A stretch of 64,000 nucleotides of DNA from Selaginella moellendorffii (taxonomy: Eukaryota; Plantae; Lycopodiophyta), in the NCBI RefSeq assembly GCF_000143415.4, contig NW_003314308.1, positions 1 to 64,000 on the forward strand. The letters run 5' to 3'. The first letter of the stretch is position 1. Every line of letters begins with the position of its first letter. The translations under genes and the position numbers were made by a program. The notes under the pieces are model-generated. The model searched no databases. It was not told the DNA's origin and saw nothing but the letters and a program-made list of their open reading frames with translations. Shown here piece after piece: positions 63,676 through 64,000 of this stretch.

Positions 63676-64000
63676 GTTTCTTTCGTTACTCTGACTCTCT
63701 GCTTGGCTTCTATGAGAAGCATGAAACTTGGTGACACTAGATCGTTCAACCCAGATGCTTAACGGGTCATCTTTCTAGAGCATTGACTGGAATGGAAGTT
63801 AGTTAGTAAGAATCGGCTGTGATACTTTTGCCTACGGTGAAACCTCGAAGCCATCATAAAAAGGAAACTGCACAAAACAACTGGAAACGCAGAGAGAATT
63901 GATCCAACACTTTTTTCTGTTCACGTTTCTTCCATACCGTGGGCTTGTCAATCACCATGAGACAGTTATCACTAGTAATTGGCTCCTGAAACGTTTGTGT

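Overview
Eukaryotic plant genomic DNA with short 47-70 bp introns, PLS-type PPR repeats and a PDR/ABCG fragment. The style suggests a lycophyte such as Selaginella, but that is inference only. The window is a ~30-31 kb tandem duplication (unit A ~1-29937, unit B ~29938-60960) plus an older, decayed third copy of part of the unit (~62170-64000). Each unit contains four parts. (i) A divergent pair of decayed genes: a spliced minus-strand gene with a ParB/sulfiredoxin-type motif (YIIDGNHRWCAW), and a plus-strand GCM/WRKY-finger...SWIM Mutator-like transposase; intron 1 of the first gene holds a GC-rich array of two alternating palindromes. (ii) A stack of LTR retroelements: copia remnants, an old gypsy, a chromovirus with a self-priming-type PBS and a solo LTR in its RT, and a full-length gypsy with a tRNA-Ala-type PBS and 4-bp TSD. 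(iii) A PPR/2-oxoglutarate-dioxygenase in-frame chimera. (iv) A head-to-head pair of a NIF/FCP1-type HAD phosphatase and a stand-alone GCN2/eIF2-alpha-like kinase, present three times. The two best candidates for an undescribed system are the kinase-phosphatase module and the ParB + palindrome array + transposase element. All family calls come from motifs recognised by eye; no searches were run.
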